Below are positions 26,959 to 37,752 of a stretch of DNA of 64,000 nucleotides, piece after piece. The position numbers were made by a program, and so were the translations under genes. The DNA comes from Paraphysomonas bandaiensis (Eukaryota > Protista > Chrysophyceae). The stretch lies in NCBI GenBank assembly GCA_965644295.1, contig CBFFRP010000426.1, positions 124,001 through 188,000 on the forward strand, read 5' to 3'. The notes under the pieces are model-generated. The model did not search any database. It saw only the letters and a list, made by a program, of their open reading frames with translations, and was not told the DNA's origin. Each line of letters starts with the position of its first letter. Within the stretch, counting starts at the first letter, position 1.

Positions 26959-27586
26959 TCAACTGCACACTGCTGGAAACCATTCACTCACATGTTTGAA
27001 AAGCTTCTCAGACGCAGCTTGACGACAGTCATTGTAGACGACAGCATCAAAGTTCCCCTCACATAAGCCATATTCTATCTCTTCTTTGGCGTTTCCTAGT
27101 CGTACTTTTAACTGTTCTTCGCTTTCAGTTCCCCTTTCTCGCAATCTCTGCTCGAGAACATCAATACTGGGTGGAGCTATGAAAACAAATTTTGCACTAA
27201 AACTGGCCTCGCGTAATTGCTTCACACCAGAGACATCAATATCCATAATGCATATTCGACCAGTACTATGTATTCTAGAAATAGCCTCATGGCTTGTACC
27301 GTATATATTAGAGTGAACCTGTGCGTGCTCAACAAACAGTTTGTTATCAATACCTAGTTGCATCGCCTCATGTGAGACATAGTGATAGTGTACACCATTA
27401 ATTTCTCCACGACGAGGTTTTCGTGTTGTATGTGACACAGCAAATGCAAACTTATCCTTGAATCTAGACATTAACAACTCTATCAGAGTACCTGTACATA
27501 CACATACTATAAATACCCTTCATTATAATCTATTAAAATATACCCTTCCCCACACCACTAGGGCCGCATATAACCAACGTTTTCAT
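26959..27586 (-). CDS. GUK1: Guanylate kinase; intron 27492-27543
   Basis: MKTLVICGPSGVGK-GTL P-loop, VSHTTRKPRRGEINGVHYHY, NIYGTS, DIDVSG, FIAPPS...LEQRLRERGTES. Confidence 0.95.
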
Positions 27587-28087
27587 AGTAATATAATAGA
27601 TTCACAATGTAATGGAGACCCACCACTATCAAGGAATGAAATGGAGTGTGTATGGTATGTGTGTGGAGACATACATCTAGACATGATGATACTGCTGTAC
27701 ATTGCTCGAGCCACTGGAGTGTGTATTTCACGCAGATTACGATTTCGTAGTGCATACAAAAAAGCAGTACACTACATTGCAGAAAACTAGAATTTCAAGG
27801 GTTTTGTGTGGCAGAATCTTCGATCCATGCATACCTACAATACTGGGGGTGGTTGTGGTATACCATCATATATCATATACGCACAGTATTCTGTGCCCCA
27901 GGAAGTTTCCCCACCAGTTCCTTTCAGCTGCTGTCTGTACACAGCAGTGTTCGTCCCACATACAGTGCAGTGCAGTGTATGTATATATACAGCAGCTCGT
28001 GTCTGCTGTACAGATGTGAGTCACTGTCATCTGCTGTGTATGTATACACACTCCATCAGACTCACGTAACCTCATCATATCATCAGT

Positions 28088-28927
28088 ATGGGTATGTTGA
28101 GTATATCTGATCTCAACGATGACGTGATTCGTCTGATCATCTCTATGATCCCACACAAAGCTCTCCTTCCTGTGATGATGACTTGCAAGAGACTTCACGA
28201 CATGGCTGATAACACGAGAGCTAAGAGCAGAGACAAGAGCAGAGAGAGACTTGAGTCACATGCATCTCACTACTGTATGACCAACTCCATGGTCTCATGG
28301 GCTCTGTCTATGGGCTGCCCTCACCTCAAACTAATGAATACATGTGCACTATACGGCAGACTACAGCAGATGATATACTTACACACACATATATATATAC
28401 ATACACATAATGCAGATCATGCTTCTATTGAATTGGATACACATCAGTGGCTTCATGCACAGGACCCTCCATGTCCATGGAATGTATATAATTCAATGAC
28501 TTGCAGAGATGCTGCAAGAGGTGGGCACTTGGATGTTCTTAGGTGGCTTCGTTCACAGGACCCTCCATGTCCATGGAATGGATTTACTTGCAGTGCTGCT
28601 GCAAGATGTGGGCACTTAGATGTTCTTAGATGGCTTCGTTCACAGGACCCTCCATGTCCATGGAGTGAATACACGAAGCTGCTACATGACGTGGACGCTT
28701 GGATGTTCTGGAATGGCTTCGTTCACAGGACCCTCCATGTCCATGGGATGAAGTTACCTGCAAATTTGCTGCAGAGACACTTGGTTGTTCTTAGGTGGCT
28801 TCGTTCACAGGACCCTCCATGTCCATGGAATGAATTTACTTGCAGTGCTGCTGCAGAGGGTGGGCACTTGGATGTTCAGAGATGGCTTCGTTCACAGGAC
28901 CTTCCATGTCCAATGTCCATGTTTTGA
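28088..28927 (+). CDS. F-box-like + CPW-type ankyrin-like repeat protein, short paralog (5 repeats; two compensating frameshifts)
   Basis: N-terminal ISDLNDDVIRLIISMIPHKALLPVMMTCKRLHDMA matches the F-box pattern; repeats TC.AA..GHLDVLRWLRSQDPPCPW; near-identical to the start of 57765-51523. Confidence 0.8.
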   Translation: MGMLSISDLNDDVIRLIISMIPHKALLPVMMTCKRLHDMADNTRAKSRDKSRERLESHASHYCMTNSMVSWALSMGCPHLKLMNTCALYGRLQQMIYLHTHIYIHTHNADHASIELDTHQWLHAQDPPCPWNVYNSMTCRDAARGGHLDVLRWLRSQDPPCPWNGFTCSAAARCGHLDVLRWLRSQDPPCPWSEYTKLLHDVDAWMFWNGFVHRTLHVHGMKLPANLLQRHLVVLRWLRSQDPPCPWNEFTCSAAAEGGHLDVQRWLRSQDLPCPMSMF

Positions 28928-29268
28928 AATGATATGCCTCTCTGCTACATAGTATGGACATTTGGATGTTTTGAATATCTTTATTTATATTAGGCATTAT
29001 GGCCTAGTTTTCAGGAGGTGCCTAATATTCTAATCAGACATGAAATAATAAGAATCTCATGATTATTTTGTATATGGATAAAGAGAGCATTTTTAAAATC
29101 CACATCGACTGTATTACATACAGGGGGATTCAAAATACGTAATCGGAATCTTTTCGTATATGGCTATATATATAGGAAAGTCTGATTATTACATGAGAAC
29201 GGTTGTGTACAGAAACTAGTTTATATCTATATACTAACTACAGTAATAACTAGATTTGCTAAATACTA

Positions 29269-29792
29269 CTAGTGGCGCGCAACCGTCTCGGGACTGCTTG
29301 TGCATCGCTGCGAGCACCATGGTGCAACCGTCCCTTGTATTGAGGTTAGTCGGGGGGTCTACCTTTGGGCAATGTGTCTGGCGGGCCTGTGCCATGGATT
29401 ATGTGAGGGGTGGATGAGGCGAGATGTATATGAAAGTGTAAGTCGGTGGTGGAGATGGTGCTGGTTGTTGAGGTGGGGTTTCGGCCACAAGTAAGGAGGA
29501 GTTGTTTCCGGAGTGGTTGCGCTTGCCTCTGTCGGGTCTGGACTCTTGCAGAGAGTGTAGTTCTTGGGGTGGGTGTCGCCTGGAGTAGTTGGAGTATTTT
29601 TGGTGTCGGGTGGGTATCCTGGGACTGGCATTGCTGTGAAGGTGTCGTGACCGGTGTCGCCGGTGCCGTGTCTGCGTTGTGGTGTCTGAATCCCCCTATT
29701 GCGAAGCATGCGGAGCCCTCCATCATATAGGGGGAGTAGGATAGAGGCGATGGTTTTTCGAGGGCGTGGAACTGATGTTATCATAATAGTGA
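29269..29792 (-). mobile_element. Possible non-autonomous Helitron-like GC-rich insertion
   Basis: GC-rich island in AT-rich flanks. On the minus strand it begins A|TCACTATTAT and ends with GC-rich hairpins followed by CTAG|T. No TIR or TSD. Confidence 0.3.
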
Positions 29793-31724
29793 TTGCAATA
29801 CAAAATCGGAATCTTTTCGTATATGGCTAGTTAGATGTGAGACAATGCCATGACATAAGTAGAGTTTGCGTATCTGATCCATACCAACGTACGTGACAGT
29901 TTCCAAAATAACTGTATTATCAATTTAACTCCTTGTTTCTGTTAACATCGTATTTAACTCAACATCGTATTATCTCATGAGTATTGAGCTCACGATGAGT
30001 ATCTGATATACTTCGAATAGCTTAAAGAGCCATATATCAAGAAATCAGCTTCAGATGTCAGGTTGAAATCTTAGCTAAATAATGTTTCTGAAAAACGCAT
30101 TCTAGTAGTCTTGACTGTGGGATGATTTCGGGATAGATAATAACGAACAAGTATCTATCAGTGTATCTATATACATGATAAATTTAGTTGTGGAATGTAT
30201 TCATGTACACTATACACGCCCTACTATCTACTACATATATACTTTATAGTCCGATCGACTAATGTAAATTCATTAACACTAATCCCAGGAGAGCTATGAA
30301 TTTAAATTAACGTATTATATATATACTAATTCGACGTACGTAGTCAACAGAAATTCGTAGATATGTCAAAAATTAGCAAAGATAGGCCATAAGCACTGGT
30401 AGAGGTATATAGATACAAGCATCACACATACCTTTATAGTACCTCCTTGCTATTCCTCCTTCCTGCTATGATCCCACTACCACTACTGGACTCTACATTT
30501 TATCCTCTGGTAGCTATTCTATATTAGTATAAGGCGGTTGGCGGTCATCCCTGCCCCAACGGGTGCTGCATCGTCGTCATCGAACTCAACCTCATACATC
30601 CCTGAACGTATTTTGCAAGGCATGTTGTCAACATCTATACAAAGCCTTATACCTCGACACAATGTCTCCGATAACATCTAAACTCTTTTGGGGGACTCTC
30701 AAATACATAAATACACAGTGATATCTATGTGGCTGTATCATATTCTAGATCATAGATCACGGATGTATCATTTTCATAGGGTAGCAAACTCGCACATAGT
30801 AATGTTCTTATGTATATCCTCTTTATGCACCTCATCCAATTGATTTAATGCACATATTTGGGATTGATCGTGTTTGATAAATGTATCATTAGCACCAACA
30901 GGACACCTTCGCAAAGAACATGCATGCAGATAGTGCTTTCACATGATTTCGTAGATAAGGATTGAATGATAATTCCATTGTATAAACGTAGTTGGATATA
31001 TGTGCTGCAGATTGAGGTACTCCACGGATTGGACACTTAACTGCACTGAAGATACTATTGTCTATTGTCACCTTCAAAGCGGTATAAAACCCATGGCCAA
31101 ACTGACACTATGAATTATATTTATAGCAAGATTGCATCATTTTCAACGATCACGAGTAAACATAGTGTGTGTAGAATGAGGGTTCTAACGTATATCTGAT
31201 CCGATGAAGAAAACCTCAACCGGTACTAGATGTTATCACTGCAGTGACTAAATAACTGAAGAATATTTCATGAAAAATACTTGTATATAACTCTTGATAC
31301 ACAAGGCCGTGCAAGGTGTCCTAATCGGGACTTGGTTAATTCTATCATCCTGATAAATCACTTCAATCGTTTTTTAATTGGTTTCGTGTGAGTAACGGAG
31401 TACTATTTTCTAGTTTCATAAAGATATCATATACACAGTATAGCTGTCTTAAATTCGAAATAATACCTTTAAATTCTAACGGACTACGTGGTAGCTGTGA
31501 TTCGATTACAGTGAGTCGAATCTTCAAGCCACTTTCGTTTGTGAGTGCCTGCAATTGGCAGCCATAAAACGATAGTGGGCGTTCGAAGATGGATGTCTAA
31601 AATTGATAGTAGATGGGTAGTTATTATTCCAATGCCCCACATATACACGAAGTCAGTCCAATCTACATATCAGAACTTATAACTAGTCCAACAATCACTG
31701 GTTATCTATACATAACTCGCCCAC

Positions 31725-32483
31725 TTAATCACTCTTATCAGCTTCAATTTTGAAATCATAGGGTCTGTAAAATCCATGGAGCTTATCCCAATACATTGTA
31801 TACTGAGCATAGTTTGACTCGGGAAGTCTATGGTGCACGTCGTGGGCCTTGACGCTATACAAGCCGAATGGAAGGTTTAAATCCAGCCTAGTATGATTGA
31901 GAGATGCCAAAATGCCACCTGTGGCAATAAATACTGCTACTGTGTATATATGGCAAGGAATGACATAAATCGTAAGAAGATGCAAGTATTCCCCAACCAC
32001 GTACTCAAAAGGATGTACGTTGATAGCATCTAAGTTGCCTCGAGATGGAGCCTTCTGTCTGTGGTGGTGTTTGTGCACAAGAGGATACAATGCACGGATA
32101 TGCAAAATGCGATGAAACCACATGTAGAAATAATCGTAGAACACAAAGAAAGCTATGAATGCAACCAATGTATTTCCGATTGTTAACTCACTTGATTCCC
32201 ATTTTATGGATGGGGTAGCATATGTGACCTGAATTACGTGATATACGAATAACACCGTAAATATTTTGTTGATAAATATGTACACCAGATCAAGCGTTTC
32301 TAGCTTATCCAGATGCTTCCCTCGGATTTCTATTTTGTTTGGAGTTCCGAATACCAATGGAACATATCGCGACAATACCTCCATTCCCACCCAAATGATA
32401 CACGCAAATAGGATACCAAAAGGAATGGTCCAAGTGGTAACATCATTCAATTGAAATCCTTCATCAAACAAACTGAATTCCAT
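31725..32483 (-). CDS. Fatty-acid-hydroxylase/sterol desaturase superfamily enzyme (ERG3/ERG25-like)
   Basis: Histidine boxes FHRILH, HKHHH, LNH and HDVHH; NYAQYTMYWDKLHG; several TM helices; ATG at 32483 (MEFSLFDEG). Confidence 0.9.
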   Translation of the reverse strand: MEFSLFDEGFQLNDVTTWTIPFGILFACIIWVGMEVLSRYVPLVFGTPNKIEIRGKHLDKLETLDLVYIFINKIFTVLFVYHVIQVTYATPSIKWESSELTIGNTLVAFIAFFVFYDYFYMWFHRILHIRALYPLVHKHHHRQKAPSRGNLDAINVHPFEYVVGEYLHLLTIYVIPCHIYTVAVFIATGGILASLNHTRLDLNLPFGLYSVKAHDVHHRLPESNYAQYTMYWDKLHGFYRPYDFKIEADKSD

Positions 32484-32564
32484 GTTAATAGATATATAGA
32501 TATCTCTTAATACTGTGGTTTGATAATTGAGTGACAGGATGGTTGATATATATGGACATGTATG

Positions 32565-32596
<32 letters not shown>

Positions 32597-32903
32597 TATA
32601 CCAAACGATCACTATTTTACAACCATCAATTTGCTTCTATTTTTCACAACTTGAGTTTGAAGTACAACAAGTATGAAAATTATTTTTACAACTGGACAAT
32701 TTTTATTTTTGATATTTTGCAAAAAATTCGAAGAGGTGTGTCTGTCTCACTTGCCTCAACTTAAGTTCTTGTCAAAATGAAAACTCCGGATTTGATACAC
32801 TGAAATATAAGAAATTTATGAGGTTTTGACAAATTGTAGGGTGGGATTTTGACGAATTCCCGAGTTTTCATGGGGAAATGCATATTATTTGCTCTGCTGT
32901 ATA

Positions 32904-35900
32904 CCTATAACGAAAGAAAATCGGCCCCCTCAAAAAAATCGGCCCCCCCATTTTCTCATCCATTTTCCCACCCCCCCTTGAACTGATATGCACATACATA
33001 CATGACATTAACTCCAACACCACAACTAACCACAACATACACCAATACAATCAGACACATACACGCTGTCTTTACAATGGAGTATGTCAACATTATATGC
33101 AGCCATTTTCACCATCACACCCTGTGTCTCGAGTGATTAGACAGAGGAGCCCTGCGTCCTCAGGATGGCTATTGATCGCTATATGCAGAGCAGTGGGATA
33201 CATTAACCACTACTGAGACTCTATATTCGACTTACTACTGCAGACAAAGTGTTTGGAGAGGTGAGAGGGTGTGGGAGGGTCACGTATCATCTCTGTGGCT
33301 TGGATTCTGTGCCGGTCAGTATTTGTCCATAGGGAGGAGGGGTCCATACAGTGCACATCAGGTCATACATTCACCAGAAATTTGAAATGCGCCAAAATAA
33401 TATGCCATATCGATGGATGAAGGGCATTGATATGGCATATCCACCAATTTGATTAGATTTAAGTGCACCGCTGCCGTCCGTAGAAATTATGTGGATATGC
33501 TACCTTGTCACCATCCGAGTCAGCTTATCAGTGTCGGAACCGACTTATCGAATGGAAGATAAGCGATCTTTATTGGTAGAAAGAGATTTGGCACTTTATG
33601 GGCTTCCTTGTGCGCTGTACAATGATTAATGTTGCAAATACCCTTGACTAGCTTGTTGGTTGCAGGCACCCCATGTTAGGGTGCTGTAGGGTCACAGCAA
33701 GCAGTGTTCACTCATGTCATATATGTAGGATACCTAATATATTGCACTCATTCAGCTTTATTGGGGTCTTGTTACATCTACAATGCCATTGTTGCCATAC
33801 TTGTCGATTTAAATGGGCTTTACGGCGAGTGCAGCTGATGATTGTTGAAAGTCTATACATGTCTAGTCTTTGTTGGCTATTCTCAAGACTTTGTCCCGAA
33901 CTATCTCTCCACGCGCCTTCTGTGAATCTGTATGTTTTATGTCTATACATATATATTACCTTTGTATGTACTTTATATGCACATGTGTGTACTACGTTTC
34001 CCTTATGTTTACTAGGTTTATATGGGTGTATGAGGTTTATTATATATATTACCTACAATGCTTCATATAAGCGTCAGTGTTCGAATATATATACTCTTGA
34101 CTTATGTATGAGAATATGTTATCTGTGTGTTTTTGTATGCATATATATACGAGCGTTCTGAATGTATGTGTATCTGTGTGTTGTCATGTAGATATTTATA
34201 ATAATAATATGATATCGTTATAGTCGATGTGAACTTGCTTGTATAAGTACTAGTCATAGTAAAGTAGCTATATATATATGTAGATCTTAAATACAACGAT
34301 TGGCAGTATGTGTTTACAAGAAGTATAGGTATAAGGTATAAGTTTGCTTATCACACAAGTGTCTAAATCTAAACTACGAAGGAGTACAGTAGCTGATTTA
34401 TATTGACAGAAGTAGTGTACTATTCCAAGTTATATGTGGGCTAGCATCGAGGTATTTGCTGGAATAATTACATGCATAACAAGACAGTATACTATCAAAC
34501 CACACATATACCGGCATGAATTTATAAGCAAATATTAGAATATTAGTCAAGTGGTTATCTAGTTTCAAATAGCAATCAATAGACGATAACAACCTAGGAA
34601 TTATAAGCACACTACCAGTACTCTCGCCACTAAACAGATTAGTTGGGAATATGTGCGAACAATAGCATACAACTACGCAATGTTTTAATGGTTTAAGTAT
34701 TACGTTTTCAGTGATAATACGGGATGAAGTGGTAGATGTAATGTTTGACTTAATTTTTGTGTTTTCGTTTATGTCACACTTCGTTGTCGCGCAGCACATA
34801 GAGAGTTGGTTGAGGGTGGTATTGAACCTGGTACTACCATCATTTGTCATAGTAATCTCACGCATGTTGAACTTTAGTCAAAGAGTGTTAATCATGAAGT
34901 AGTTGTTGAAAGATACAAAGCGGAGATGGCTGCTGGAGATCTTAAGTTCATTATAGAATACATGTTGATGAAGAAAATATTCGTATAAAGGTTTCAAGAC
35001 AGCAACAGCTATAAAGCAGAAAGGAAAAGAATAAAAAAGGCAGAAGATGCGCTGTAAAGAGCAACAAATGAAAGAACTTGACACTTAAAAAACAAAATCA
35101 GAGTCTTAATCGAAACGTAGAGCTGATATTACTTTGATAGGCGGAGGCAAATTGTACATGCTCTATCAGTTCTAGCTGCTCCTAAAACCAGGAGCACTTG
35201 AACTTAAAATGACTAATTCAATTTAAGGACATTCAATAGTTCGTTGTACCATTGCGTAGTTGTATGCTATTGTTCGCACATATTCCCAACTAATCTGTTT
35301 AGTGGCGAGAGTACTGGTAGTGTGCTTATAATTCCTAGGTTGTTATCGTCTATTGATTGCTATTTTGAAACTAGATAACCACTTGACTAATATTCTAATA
35401 TTTGCTTATAAATTCATGCCGGTATATGTGTGGTTTGATAGTATACTGTCTTGTTATGCATGTAATTATTCCAGCAAATACCTCGATGCTAGCCCACATA
35501 TAACTTGGAATAGTACACTACTTCTGTCAATATAAATCAGCTACTGTACTCCTTCGTAGTTTAGATTTAGACACTTGTGTGATAAGCAAACTTATACCTT
35601 ATACCTATACTTCTTGTAAACACATACTGCCAATCGTTGTATTTAAGATCTACATATATATATAGCTACTTTACTATGACTAGTACTTATACAAGCAAGT
35701 TCACATCGACTATAACGATATCATATTATTATTATAAATATCTACATGACAACACACAGATACACATACATTCAGAACGCTCGTATATATATGCATACAA
35801 AAACACACAGATAACATATTCTCATACATAAGTCAAGAGTACATATATTCGAACACTGACGCTTATATGAAGCATTGTAGGTAATATATATAATAAACCT

Positions 35901-37629
35901 CGTACACCCATATAAACCTAGTAAACATAAGGGAAACGTAGTACACACATGTGCATATAAAGTACATACAAAGGTAATATATATGTATAGACATAAAACA
36001 TACAGATTCACAGAAGTCGCGTGGAGAGATAGTTCGGGACAAAGTCTTGAGAATAGCCAACAAAGACTAGACATGTATAGACTTTCAACAATCATCAGCT
36101 GCACTCGCCGTAAAGCCCATTTAAATCGACAAGTATGGCAACAATGGCATTGTAGATGTAACAAGACCCCAATAAAGCTGAATGAGTGCAATATATTAGG
36201 TATCCTACATATATGACATGAGTGAACACTGCTTGCTGTGACCCTACAGCACCCTAACATGGGGTGCCTGCAACCAACAAGCTAGTCAAGGGTATTTGCA
36301 ACATTAATCATTGTACAGCGCACAAGGAAGCCCATAAAGTGCCAAATCTCTTTCTACCAATAAAGATCGCTTATCTTCCATTCGATAAGTCGGTTCCGAC
36401 ACTGATAAGCTGACTCGGATGGTGACAAGGTAGCATATCCACATAATTTCGAACACTGACGCTTATATGAAGCATTGTAGGTAATATATATAATAAACCT
36501 CGTACACCCATATAAACCTAGTAAACATAAGGGAAACGTAGTACACACATGTGCATATAAAGTACATACAAAGGTAATATATATGTATAGACATAAAACA
36601 TACAGATTCACAGAAGGCGCGTGGAGAGATAGTTCGGGACAAAGTCTTGAGAATAGCCAACAAAGACTAGACATGTATAGACTTTCAACAATCATCAGCT
36701 GCACTCGCCGTAAAGCCCATTTAAATCGACAAGTATGGCAACAATGGCATTGTAGATGTAACAAGACCCCAATAAAGCTGAATGAGTGCAATATATTAGG
36801 TATCCTACATATATGACATGAGTGAACACTGCTTGCTGTGACCCTACAGCACCCTAACATGGGGTGCCTGCAACCAACAAGCTAGTCAAGGGTATTTGCA
36901 ACATTAATCATTGTACAGCGCACAAGGAAGCCCATAAAGTGCCAAATCTCTTTCTACCAATAAAGATCGCTTATCTTCCATTCGATAAGTCGGTTCCGAC
37001 ACTGATAAGCTGACTCGGATGGTGACAAGGTAGCATATCCACATAATTTCTACGGACGGCAGCGGTGCACTTAAATCTAATCAAATTGGTGGATATGCCA
37101 TATCAATGCCCTTCATCCATCGATATGGCATATTATTTTGGCGCATTTCAAATTTCTGGTGAATGTATGACCTGATGTGCACTGTATGGACCCCTCCTCC
37201 CTATGGACAAATACTGACCGGCACAGAATCCAAGCCACAGAGATGATACGTGATCCCCCCACACCCTCTCACCTCTCCAAACACTTTGTCTGCAGTAGTA
37301 AGTCGAATATAGAGTCTCAGTAGTGGTTAATGTATCCCACTGCTCTGCATATAGCGATCAATAGCCATCCTGAGGACGCAGGGCTCCTCTGTCTAATCAC
37401 TCGAGACACAGGGTGTGATGGTGAAAATGGCTGCATATAATGTTGACATACTCCATTGTAAAGACAGCGTGTATGTGTCTGATTGTATTGGTGTATGTTG
37501 TGGTTAGTTGTGGTGTTGGAGTTAATGTCATGTATGTATGTGCATATCAGTTCAAGGGGGGGTGGGAAAATGGATGAGAAAATGGGGGGGCCGATTTTTT
37601 TGAGGGGGCCGATTTTCTTTCGTTATAGG
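32904..37629. mobile_element. Foldback-type non-autonomous DNA transposon with 1.78-kb inverted arms (Tc1/mariner-pogo-like ends, TA TSD)
   Basis: 32904-34682 is the reverse complement of 35250-37629 apart from a 600-bp tandem duplication, a 1-nt indel and a few SNPs; 567-bp spacer. Ends TA|CCTATAACG...CGTTATAGG|TA, with the direct repeat AAAATCGGCCCCC twice in each tip. Confidence 0.85.
35848..37047. repeat. 600-bp tandem duplication inside the right arm of the foldback element
   Basis: 35848-36447 repeats at 36448-37047; the junction lies in the microhomology acatatattc/acataatttc. Confidence 0.95.
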
Positions 37630-37752
37630 TATACTGCTATGCACTCTGTACGAAGTCAGCATATGCATGTTACGTTATGATGCAGTGAGGTCAGAGTGCA
37701 TCTAATCCAATTGCATGCATCTACTCCTTTAACTCTGTATACATAGAACAAA

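Noticed and set aside
33673-36860. Repeated 60-168 aa ORFs (MLGCCRVTASS..., MYRHKTY...) in the foldback arms
   Set aside because: Low-complexity Cys/Tyr/Ile-rich translations with no recognisable domain; they recur only because the DNA is duplicated.
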